This document shows positions 48,718 through 60,700 of a DNA stretch of 64,000 nt, in pieces. How positions within the stretch are numbered: position 1 is the stretch's first letter; every line of letters starts with the position of its first letter. The translations under genes were made by a program, and so were the position numbers. The stretch comes from Somniosus microcephalus. Its lineage: Eukaryota. Under the pieces are notes generated by a model, which did no database searches, had not been told where the DNA came from, and saw only the letters and a list, made by a program, of their open reading frames with translations. The stretch covers positions 147,498,001-147,562,000 of the forward strand of contig CM126211.1 in NCBI GenBank assembly GCA_052327205.1. Reading direction: 5' to 3'.

Positions 48718-50017
48718 GACATACTACAAGAGGTGGACATACTACAGGAGGTGGACATACTGCAGGAGGTGGACATACTGCAGGAGGTGGACATACTACA
48801 GGAGGTGGACATACTACAGGAGGTGGACATACTACAGGAGGTGGACATACTACAGGAGGTGGACATACTACAGGAGGTGGACATACTGCAGGAGGTGGAC
48901 ACACTGCAGGAGGTGGACATACTACAGGAGGTGGACACACTACAGGAGGTGGACACACTACAGGAGGTGGACATACTACAGGAGGTGGACATACTGCAGG
49001 AGGTGGACACACTGCAGGAGGTGGACATACTGCAGGAGGTGGACACACTACAGGAGGTGGACACACTGCAGGAGGTGGACATACTGCAGGAGGTGGACAC
49101 ACTGCAGGAGGTGGACACACTACAGGAGGTGGACACACTACAGGAGGTGGACACACTACAGGAGGTGGACACACTACAGGAGGTGGACATACTGCAGGAG
49201 GTGGACACACTACAGGAGGTGGACACACTACAGGAGGTGGACATACTACAGGAGGTGGACATACTACAGGAGGTGGACATACTACAGGAGGTGGACATAC
49301 TACAGGAGGTGGACATACTACAGGAGGTGGACATACTACAGGAGGTGGACACACTACAGGAGGTGGACATACTACAGGAGGTGGACACACTACAGGAGGT
49401 GGACATACTGCAGGAGGTGGACACACTGCAGGAGGTGGACACACTGCAGGAGGTGGACACACTGCAGGAGGTGGACACACTACAGGAGGTGGACACACTA
49501 CAGTAGGTGGACACACTACAGGAGGTGGACACACTACAGGAGGTGGACATACTACAGGAGGTGGACATACTGCAGGAGGTGGACATACTGCAGGAGGTGG
49601 ACATACTGCAGGAGGTGGACATACTGCAGGAGGTGGACACACTACAGGAGGTGGACACACTACAGGAGGCGGACACACTGCAGGAGGCGGACACACTGCA
49701 GGAGGCGGACATACTGCAGGAGGTGGACATACTGCAGGAGGTGGACACACTACAGGAGGTGGACACACTACAGGAGGTGGACACACTACAGGAGGTGGAC
49801 ACACTACAGGAGGTGGACGTACTACAGGAGGTGGACATAATACAGGAGGTGGACATACTACAGGAGGTGGACACACTACAGGAGGTGGACACACTACAGG
49901 AGGTGGACGTACTACAGGAGGTGGACACACTACAGGAGGTGGACATACTACAGGAGGTGGACATACTACAGGAAGTGGACACACTACAGGAGATGGACTT
50001 ACTACAGGAGGTGGACA
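48718..50017. repeat. 18-bp minisatellite, right block (~72 units)
   Basis: Same unit, continuous for ~1.3 kb, degenerate at the distal edge. Confidence 0.97.
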
Positions 50018-50164
50018 TAGCAATTTCGTTCCTCATTGATTCCGGTGTGCCTTTGACCAGTTCCTATGAGAATCAAAGAAGTCTGCCTTCATTCCAATGC
50101 TGTGTATAAATAAATATGATGTCCTTCCACTCCCTTAATCTTTTATATTTAGTGATATAATAGA

Positions 50165-50563
50165 AATAAAGAACTTGCATTTATAGTGCTGTTCACATCC
50201 TCAGGACATCCCAAAGTGCTGCACAGCTAATGAATTTGTTTTGAAGTGTTGTTATATTGGCAAACGCAGCAGTTAATTTACACAACAAGGTCCCACGAAC
50301 AGCATTAAGATAAATAACCATTTGATTTTTTTGTGATGAAGAATAAATGTCAGTCAGGACACTGGAAAAACTCTCCTTCAAACAGTGCCATGGGACTTTT
50401 TACATCCACCTGAACAGACAAACAGGCCCTTGGTTCAACAACTCATCCAAAAGACAACATTGCCAACAGTGTAGCACTCCCTCAGTACTATATTGAAGTG
50501 TAGGACTAGACTATGAGCTCAAGACTTGTAGTGGGGCTTTAACACATGGATTTCTGACTCAGA
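50165..50563 (-). mobile_element. Deu-domain SINE, diverged
   Basis: Colinear with 5245-5703 (ACTTGCATTTATAGTGC...TTCTGACTCAGAG). Confidence 0.75.
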
Positions 50564-51314
50564 GACTACCACAAAATCAAGCTGACATTATAGTAGGAAA
50601 AGACCTCAGTGGAAGCCACAGGGCCATATTGTTTATAAATATCCATTTTATAACATTGACAAAGATTCTGGTGGGTGTTTAGAACTTGGGCTAGAACTGG
50701 CCCTGCCTCGGGTAATGTGTCCTGATCAAATTTTATATTCAAACATTGCATGAGTAGACTCGGTGTCTGCCTGCAGGGAGTTAGTGGGCTCGATTTTGCC
50801 AGGCCCGAGGAGGCGGGATTGGAGGCGTATGAGGTGTTAAAATCGCAAAAAATGGCAGGCGGCTCCGATCCCATCTACAGCCCGCCTCTGAGCAATTTTC
50901 CCAGAATCGGGGTTTCAGACCCCGTTTCCATCCCGCCTCCAAGAGGCGGGATAGGCCCTTAAGGCCCTTAACAACCAGTTAAGTGCCTCTATAATCCAAT
51001 TTTGAGAGGCCTTTCTGAATTAGCACTTTACCCCCATGCTGCACGTCTCCTCTGGAACACGCCAGTTAATCCTGGCGGCCTCACAAGTGGATTGCTTACT
51101 AACAGCTGCAGCTCCACCATTAAAAAGGAGTTTCAGCAATCATCATTTGCAGGTGGCAGAACTTTGTTGTCTCAGGTCTGGGGGAACTTTTAGCAGGCCT
51201 ACTCATTGTTGTGGAAGTTTGGAGCCTGACACCCATCTCCAGTGTGACCTCCTGAGAAACCCCTCCCCCCCACCTTGACTGAGCGCTTCCTCAACTGAGG
51301 TATATAGCAGAAGA

Positions 51315-52549
51315 ATGGGAACCATTTATTTCCTTTCCTCCTGGACATCAGATTCGGACGAAGACCAGTTGCGGCAGCAGCAGAGCCCTGAACAACAGCA
51401 GCACCAACAACAGGAGTGCCAACCTGCTGCTCACCCACCTGAAGCTGCACAGGCAAGAAGGCGCCAGCGCATGGAAGCACGTCGCCACAGGAGATACCCC
51501 AAAACAGGGTTTACAGACAGAGGATGAGCTACCTCAACCTGACTGAGCAGCAGTGCCAAAGGAGGCTCAGACTTTCGCGAGAGGTAGTGGGTGACATCTG
51601 CGAAATATTGCAGCAAGACCTGGAGCCCAGAGGAGCGGGTGGACACCCCTTACCAGTGACCGTCAAAGTCACCACCGCACTTAACTTTTTTGTTTCAGGC
51701 TCATCCTAGGAATCAGCAGCAGACATCAGCGGCGTCTCCCAGGCGGCCGCACACACTTGTATCACACAGGTAACCGATGCCCTCTTTGCCATCGCGTACA
51801 ATTACATCAACTTCTCCAAGGATCAAGCAAGTGTAAGCGTGCATGCGGTTGGATTCGCTAATCTGGCAGGCTTTCCAAGGCTGCAGGGCGTCGTTGACTG
51901 CACACATGTGGCCCTTAAGGCACCCCATCATAATCCAGGTATTTTTGTCAACCGCAAGGGCTTCCACTCCCTCAACGTGCAGCTGGTGTGTGACCACAAG
52001 AAGGAAATGTTGCATGTTTGTGCCAAGTACCCTGGCAGTTGCCATGACTCCTTCATCCTGCGCCAGTCTAGTGTGCTTCTGCTCTTCAGTCGGCCAGACC
52101 AACTTTTCGGATGGCTACTTGGAGACAAGAGCTATCCCCTGAAGACGTGGCTAATGACGCCATTGAGGAGCCCATCCAACGAAGCTGAGGAGCGCTACAA
52201 CTCCAGCCACATTTCCACCAGGTCCATAATCGAGCAAACCATTGGCTTGCTGAAGATGTGCTTCAGATGCCTTGATAGATCAGGTGGAGCCCTGCAGTAC
52301 TCAGCAGCCAGGGTCTCCAGAATGGTTGTGGTTTGCTGTGCACTTCACAACATGGCACAGGATCATGGCTTGCAGATGCCTGAGGAACAAGTGGCTCATC
52401 GCATAGCCTCCTCAGATGAGGAGGAGGAAGAGGTGGAGGAGAGCGACAATGAACAGCTTGCGGAGGCACATCAACCAGCGGCAGCAGCACACGAGCATAT
52501 TGCTGCCCAGGATGCAAGGGACGCACCCATCTTGACCAGATTTGCTTAG
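51315..52549 (+). pseudogene. H3 Harbinger transposase with frameshift (~51500-51525) and stop (51707-09)
   Basis: [54 protein letters not shown] and CCALHN motifs. Confidence 0.9.
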
Positions 52550-52807
52550 CCTAGCGAATCAAACACTTTTGCCTCACATCTTCTTACCAGAGCATCAACA
52601 ATGGCCAAGAACCTGCGGATTCCTATCACTCTGACCACCATACTGACAATTGCAAGTCGCATTAAGCCCTCAATGTGGAAGTCCCATTTGCGAAATGACA
52701 CAGGCCACAACTTCAACAGTTTGCCATCAGAATTTTTTATTACAATAATCAACGGATGGCATTTAAAAAATAAACACAACATAACACCCAAGTGACTACC
52801 CTTGTGA

Positions 52808-54792
52808 CTACTTGTGCTTTATCTTCCTCTTACACGTGCTCCTACGTGGTGCTTCCCCTGTGGCTTCAGCAGATGTGGAGGCCCCTTGCTCACTTTCTTG
52901 CTGCTCCTGCCTCGACACCTTTGGTGGGTGTCCTCTGGGTTTGCGAGCCTGTGAGGGCTCGGCAACAGTCTGCTGCTCCTGCGGCTGTGCAGGGGCTGAG
53001 ATGCCAATCTCAGTTGGGTGAGGACTCTGGTGGGGGTCTGACCGAGGGCTCTGCAGTGGCATGGTCGTGTAAGCACTTGGAGAGGAGCCCCCCACTTCCT
53101 GGTTCTCTGCCACCAACATCCCTCATGGGTCAGCCCCACTTCAGAGCTAGCAAATGGCTTGACAGCACCTTGCTGTACTTCAGGGGGGCCATGAGGACCC
53201 GTTTCTGCACTGGAAATCCTACTCCAGATGACTTCCATGAAGGTCTGGTTTCTCTGCTCAATAGCTGACCATCGCTCCTCAAGCAATGTCATTCTATTCT
53301 GAACAATGACCATGTTTTCAAGACCCTGGTGACTAAGCTCCTCCATAGCCATAGCCATCCTCTCCTCTACCGTAGCCCTCCTCTCCTCTACGGTAGCCAG
53401 CCTTACCATGGAGGTAGCCATCCTTTCCACGAAGGTTGCCATCCTTTCCGTGGTGATGCGTTCATGCGCCAACGCCTCCACAAAGGCCCTGCTCATGTTA
53501 GCGATGGACTCCTCCATTCGCTCCACACTCGCAGTGACCCTGGAGACAAAACCTGCCAGAGACTCCTGCACCACTTCCTGGAGTTCCAGCACTGCTTTCC
53601 TTCTGGATAGACCCGGAGGCACAGGATCGACATGCAGTGGAGCCGAGCTGGGAGAGTCCTGCGCCCTCCGATGAGGACTCTCCACTGCTGTCTCTGTCTC
53701 CACCATCTGCTGATGCTCACTTGTGAGCGATGATACACCAGGTGACAACTCTACTCTATGTCCTGAAGGTCCCACTGAGGTGTGAGTGTCTGCGTTGGTG
53801 CTGGGTGCGCTGAATTCTGCTGACGCTGCGCCCTCAGAGGTTGCAGCTTCTTCTGAGGAGTCTGGGCGCTCAGGCTGTTCCTCCTGGACAGTGGGGAGGG
53901 GGGCTGTCGATGGTCCTGTGGGGGAGTAAATGAAAGAGTTAGACATGGGAGATAAACGTTGCATGCACATTGAATTGTGCAGATGATCATAAGTCAATCT
54001 GTTAGAGTATCAGAATCAATATCAGTCAGTCATGCAATGTCAATGAGAGAGATGAAAAACTATTCTGTCACCAGCTTGCTCTGATGCGCCCGTCTGTCCG
54101 TCCCCCACTTGCGCATCCTCCTCCACTCCCACGATCTCCAGGGCCACCTCCTCCACAGTGGTGAGCTGGGCTATTGAGGGTGGCCCTCCTCCTGTCCTCG
54201 CCCTCTCCCTCTTATTGTGGGCTTTCTTGTGGAGTTTGAGTGAGAATGAAGGAGTGAGTGTAGAGAATCCATAGCATAGATGCTTAGAAGGACACAAAGA
54301 TGGAGTGAGGTGGCAAGACCAAGGGCCCTCCCTGTGTGTTGTAAGTTGTTGTCGTAGCATCACAGTGATAGGAAGTGTGAGGGCTGCATATTCGAATAGT
54401 TAAGTGAATGTGAACATACAGAGAGAGGGAATGGGTAAGAGTGCAGGGATGTAAGGGTGAAGTGGGATGTGGAGGAGGAGGTTGACAAAGCAGAGTGCTG
54501 GTGATGAGAGGCGATGGGATCAGATTGAGGGTCATGGGGATGGAATACTCACTTTTCCTGTGCGGAGAAGGTCATGAAACCTCTTTCGACACTGCAGCCA
54601 GGTTCTGCTGCACATTGAAATCGCATTCACCTCCTGTGCCACTTGCAGCCACACAGCTTTGGTCTGTTGTGGAGGCTTTTTCCTCCCTGAGGAAGGAAAG
54701 AGCACTTCCTTGTTTGCTCTTGCTCCCTCCACCAGAGCTTAGAGGGAGGCCTCATCGAATCTGGGTGCACACTTTGGTCTGATGCTAGACAT
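52808..54792 (-). pseudogene. H3 Myb/SANT (NAIF1/MSANTD-like) partner gene, 3 exons, disrupted
   Basis: Exon 1 54792-54553 (PRF..ASL*AL..WLQVAQEVN..RTWLQCRKRFHDL); exon 2 to 54072 (HNKRERARTGGGPP); exon 3 from 53915. Confidence 0.8.
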
Positions 54793-55356
54793 AGTAGCAG
54801 TAGGAATCCCTCAGAAGTATGATGAGTAAGTTGAAAGGCTGAAAAAGAACCAAGGCTGCTTGCAGGCCTTAAATCCAGCTGCATAGATGACATCATCGGA
54901 GGCGAGTTTCAGTATCAAAAGGCTCATTGGGCCAGGGGTTCCCACACGCTGGAAATCAAGTGCCCAATTAGGGCAAAATCGTACCCGGAGGCGGGGTCCT
55001 GACACGCCCCCAGCCCGCCCCCAATGAAAAAATCCAGCCCAGTGCCTCCAGTTGTGGCTTTGATATGGAAAAATGATCAGATAATAAAGCAAACAATAAA
55101 AACCTAAAGGGGTCAATCTCAACTTGCCTGAAAAATGGACAGCCAGCAATTGGAAATTGAGGAGAAATGGGGCCATCAAATGGATGAACAGCCTACCCAC
55201 CTGAAATAGTTGGACCCTGATTGCAATTTTCAGGTACACAGCACTGTGCACACTCTGCCCTGTTGTGCCAGGCATTGAGTGACCTAACCAGTGGTCCGAG
55301 AAACTGCCCAAAAAACAGCCCAGAAAACCTTCCATTTTTTTTGGTGAGCCAAGGAG

Positions 55357-56985
55357 CCAAAACTCCCTGGACTCAGCAAAGGTCCCGGCAGACTGGAAAA
55401 CTGCTAATGTAACACCCTTATTTAAAAAGGGCAGTAGACAGAAGGCTGGAAACTATAGACTGGTTAGCCTAACATCTGTGGTAGGTAAAATTTTGGAGTC
55501 CATTATTAAGGAGAAAGTAACAGGACATTTGGATAATCATAATTTAATAGGACAAAGTCAGCATGGTTTTATGAAGGGGAAGTCATGTTTGACAAATTTG
55601 CTGGAGTTCTTTGAGGAAGTAACATATAGGGTGGATAAAGGGGAACCAGTGGACGTAGTGTATTTAGACTTCCAAAAGGCATTTGACAAGGTGCCACACA
55701 AAAGATTATTGCTTAAGATAAAAAATCACGGGATTGGGGGTAATATTCTGGCATGGATAGAGGATTGGCTATCTAACAGAAGGCAGAGAGTTGGGATAAA
55801 TGGTTCATTCTCAGACTGGCAATCAGTAACAAGTGGTGTTCCGCAGGGGTCAGTGCTGGATCCCCAACTCTTTACAATCTATATTAACGATTTGGAGGAG
55901 GGGACCGAGTGTAACATATCAAAGTTTGCAGATGATACTAAGATGGGAGGGAAAGTAGTGAGTGAGGAGGACATAAAAAACCTGCAAGGGGACATAGACA
56001 GGCTAAGTAAGTGGGCAGAGATTTGGCAGATGGAATACAATACTGGAAAGTGTGAGGTTATGCACTTTGGCAGGAAAAATCATAGAGCAAGTTATTACCT
56101 TAATGGCAAGAAACTGGAAAGTACTGAAGTACAAAGGGATCTGGGGGTCCTGGTGCACGAAACTCAAAAGGTTAGTATGCAGGTGCACCAAGTGATTAAG
56201 AAGGCCAATGGAATGTTGGCTTTCATTGCTAGGGGGATAGAATATAAAAATAGGGAGGTATTGCTTCAGTTGTACAAGGTATTGGTGAGACCGCACCTGG
56301 AATACTGCGTACAGTTTTGCTGTCCATACTTAAGAAAGGACATACTTGCTCTCGAGTCAGTACAAAGAAGGTTCACTCGGTTAATCCCGGGGATGGACAT
56401 ATGAGGAGAGGTTGAGTAGATTGGGACTCTACTCATTGGAGTTCAGAAGAATGAGAGGCGATCTTATTGAAACATATAAGATTGTGAAGGGGTTGGATCG
56501 GTTGGATGCGGGGAGGATGTTCCAGATGATGGGTGAAACTAGAACTAGGGGGCATAGTCTTAGAATAAGGGGCTGCTCTTTCAAAACTGAGATGAGGAGG
56601 AACTACTTCACTCAGAGGGTGGTAGGTCCATGGAATATGCTGCCCCAAAAAGCTGTAGAAGCTACATCATTACATAAATGTAAAACAGAAATAGACAGTT
56701 TCCTAGAAGAAAAGGGAATTAAGGGTTACGGGGAGCGGGCAGGAATTTGGACATGAGTCTAGGTTCGGATCGGTCATGGCCCTGTGGGTAGCGGAGCAGG
56801 CCCAGGGGCCGTGTAGCCTGATCCTGCTCCTATTTCGTGTGTCTAATTCTGTTAGATTCAAAAGATGGTTCTGTGATAGTAGATTGGCGGGTAGGATCAG
56901 ATCAGCCATGATCTTATTGAATGGCGGAGCAGGCTCGAGGGGCCGATTGGCCTACTCCTGCTCCTATTTCTTATGTTCTTATGTT
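55357..56985 (+). mobile_element. CR1 LINE, 5'-truncated, same family as 18048-20456
   Basis: Nearly identical RT peptide; frameshift ~56395; TTCTTATGTTCTTATG tail. Confidence 0.95.
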
Positions 56986-57747
56986 CACCCATGGTGGCCT
57001 GCCGATCTGGCAGCGGTCCTGTATGGGAGCTGACCGCGTTCCCACCATCCCAGAATACCTGTAGCTCGCCGGCAGCATATTAGTGAGAATTGGGCTTCAA
57101 AATGGATCGGGCCTCATGGCAGCACCAACAGGTGGGCGGAGTGGTCGCGCTGCCCATTTCATGTCTGCTTTGGCTGCCACTTGAAAATTGCCTTAAAGTG
57201 TTTTTTCAAAGAGCCTTTTTTTCTGCATTTTCATACCTTAGGTGTTTCTGGATGACTATTTACTGGATGATGGCCACATGCCAAACTACAGGACATTGTT
57301 ATAGAGAAATTTAGCCTTGATAGGAATATACATCCCAGTCTGTGATTACGTTTCAGGGCTCTGTACATTGGTACATTGTGTAAAGTATGCGCATATACTT
57401 GATACAAAAAGGAAGAGACAGCTTGGAAGGGTTTAACTTAGGTCTTTACTTCATACCCACAGGCGGGAACTGAGGGGAGATCAGTACCCGCAGTACTATT
57501 TATACCCCTATGGCCAGGAGTGGTACTACGGTATCACTACGCCCTACAAAGTAGTGCTGCCCTGGCCATAGGGTTAAAGTAGCATACATATTACATACAC
57601 AACATTCCTCCCCTTTTAATTAAAACGTACCCGTGCAATTAAGTCAACAGATGCACCATAACTAGGGCTAATAACATTTGGTAACACAACATACATAACA
57701 TATTTACATCAGAGTTGTCTACCTATATATATATAAAAAGAAACATG

Positions 57748-60700
57748 TTATAGATTCAGTCTCTGAGGAGGCCTCCTGTCTCGACTAGGATAACGTCTTT
57801 CTCTAGTCGGTCTCGGTGTAGGCGGCGGTACTTCCGTCACCACTTCATCGCTGGAGTCGTCGGTGTCTGATGGCACATCCTGTGCCGTGGAGCTCACTGG
57901 AGTGCTGAACTCCTCGCCATCCTGAGACTTCTGTAGCGACGAGCTGGGCTGTGATTCCGCTGGAACAATGTGCTGAGACGTTTGAGGTAGTGAATCAGTT
58001 GGGTTTCTGGACTCCACAAGTTGATCAGCATGTCGTTTGATTATGCCGTCCCCAGTATCCACTGTGTACATCAAAGGTCCCTGGCGGGCCTTTATCGTAC
58101 CAGACCGCCACTTTTCATTTCTATAATCACGGGCCAACACTTGCTGCCCCACCTCGAAGCTCCGTGTCTGTCTGTCAGGAGCCCTACGAAATACTCGGTT
58201 TTCCACATCTCTCCGGATGTTTGGTCTGAGCAATTCGAGGCGAGACCTTAACCTTCTATTAAAGAACATGACGGCGGGGGCCTGGTTGGTCACCGTATGT
58301 GCAGCATTACGGTACGCGAATAGGAAATTGTCCACCTTGTGTTGTAGTGGCAACCTTTCCTCCCCCATCGCCTTGATGGCCTTTTTAAAAGTCTGTACAA
58401 ATCGCTCTGCCAGCCCATTTGTAGCCGGATGATATGGTGCGGACGTATAATGTCGCACTCCATTCCTTTTTAGGAATGCTTGAAATTCTTCTGCCACAAA
58501 TTGTGGCCCATTGTCCGAACAGACTTGCTCGGGCACCCCGTTTCGGGCAAAAATGGTCCTTATGGCTGCGACCGTCTTTTCGGCTGTCGTTGATGACATC
58601 TTTATGACCTCCGGCCATTTTGAGTGGGCATCCACTACAATAAGGAACATCGCATCCATGAAGGGCCCAGCGAAGTCCACGTGGATCCTTTGCCACGGCG
58701 TTGAGGGCCACTCCCACGGATGTAGTGGGGCTTGGGGTGGTACGTTCTGTACCATCTGGCACCCTTGGCATGCTTTTGCTACTTCCTCGATGTCCCTGTC
58801 AATGCCGGGCCACCAGACGTAGGCTCTGGCGAGGCTTTTCATTTTGACACCCCCCAGATGACCTTTGTGTAAGTCCCGCAACACTTTATGTTGTAATTTT
58901 TGAGGGACCACCACCCTGGCTCCGCACATCAATGTGCCCCGGCATACGGACAACTGGTCCTTCCTTGCCGAAAACGCCGGCAATGATGCGTCACCCTGCG
59001 CCGGCCAGCCTTTCACGGTCAATTCGTAAACCCTTGCCAGTGTCGGGTCATTCTGTGTTTCCCGCTCGATACATTGGCTGGTGATGGGCAAGTGTTCCAT
59101 AACCGCCGTATGATATATTTCCACGGGGTCCTGTACTATCTCTTCGATCTCTGCAGGCAATGGTAGCCGCGACAGGCCATCCGCATTGCCATGCTGTTTG
59201 GTACCCTTATATTCGATAAGGTACTGGTGTGCTCCTAAGAACAGTGACCATCTCTGTAGCCTTTGGGCCGTCATCAGGGGCACCCCTTTTGTTGGATTAA
59301 ATATGGACACCAACGGTTGATGATCCGTCAGTAGTGTGAAACGTTGCCCATGTAGATAGTGGTGGAATTTTTTTACACCCCACACCAGACTGAGGGCCTC
59401 CCTGTCGATTTGCGCATAGTTTCTTTCGGCTGTAGTTAACGACCTTGAGGCAAATGCTATTGGCCTCTCCGTCCCATTGGGAAATTTGTGTGACAACACT
59501 GCCCCTATACCATACGGGGAGGCGTCACATGCCAACCTCATTGGCATTTTTGGGTCAAAGTGTGCGAGCACTTCCTTTGATGTAATGAGTTGTTTACCCT
59601 TTTTAAAAGCAGCCTCACACGCTTCGTCCCAATTCCAGGAGACTCCCTTTTGCAGCAATGAATTTAGTGGATGTAAAATGGACGATAAGTTCGGGAGGAA
59701 CTTATGGTAATAGTTTATAAGGCCTAAGAATGATCGTAACTGAGATACATTCTCAGGGGGCGGGGCCTTCACTACTGCCTTGATCTTTTCTGGGGACTTA
59801 TGCAGGCCTTCCTTATCTATAATGTGACCACAGTATGAGATACGTTCCTGGAAAAACTCACATTTCTGATTGTTCGCCCTGAGTCCGTATTGTTGCAACC
59901 GCAGAAGTACTCGCTCCAGGTTAGCGAGGTGGTCGTTATCCGTTTGTCCTGTCACCAGGATGTCATCCAGGTAGCACTGCGTTCCTGGAATGCCCTGTAG
60001 GACCTGTTCCATGGTCCTCTGCCATATGGCTGGGGCGGACGCCACACCAAATACCAGGCAATTGTACTGGTACAATCCCTTGTGGGTGTTAATCGTTAGG
60101 AGCTTTTTCGAGTCCTGCTCCACCTCCATCTGTAAATAAGCTTGACAAAGGTCAATCTTCGTAAAGTGTCTACCCCCAGCTAACGATGCGAATATGTCCT
60201 CTATCCGCGGCAGCGGATACTGTACCGTGTGCAGGACTGGGTTAATAGTTATTTTAAAATCCCCGCAAATGCGAACCTTCTTTGGTTCCCCCGGCGTGTT
60301 ATTTGCAGATTTCTTTATAACTGGGACGATGGGCGTGGCCCACTCGCTCCACTCAATCTTTGTAAGGACACCTGCACTCTCTAAGGCATCCAGTTCTGCT
60401 TCCACAGCTGGCCGGATGGCGTAAGGCACCGGTCTGGCCTTACAAAACTTGGGGTTTGCGTCTTGAGCAATAGTTATTTTTGCTCTAATGTCCTTTAAGG
60501 TCCCCAGCCCTTGTTGGAACACCTCTGGCGTTTTTGCCAATAGTTTCGACAGCCTGCTTGTAATGGTTGTATCATCCTTGGTGGTCTCTACTTTTATCTC
60601 GTGTATCGACTTCCAGTCGAAATGGATTTTTCTTATCCATTCCCTACCCAAAAGTGGTGGTCCGCCGTTTGGTAGGACGTATAAATAAAGTCCTGGCACT

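Larger units (their letters stand above)
50786..55040 (+). mobile_element. PIF/Harbinger transposon H3, a distinct and decayed family
   Basis: TIRs GGGCTCGATTTT / AAAATCCAGCCC, AGT TSD (50783-85, 55041-43); convergent transposase and Myb genes. Confidence 0.88.

Noticed and set aside
46077-50017. CRISPR array (also considered for the 54-bp repeat at 23945)
   Set aside because: Units are contiguous with no unique spacers, there are no cas genes, and the context is eukaryotic.
48204-50109. Long ORFs (QEVDIL, VCPPPV, MSTSCS repeats) as real proteins
   Set aside because: They result from an 18-bp unit lacking stops in several frames. The array is intronic, split by an LTR element, has a TAG at 49504 and no credible start or splice context.
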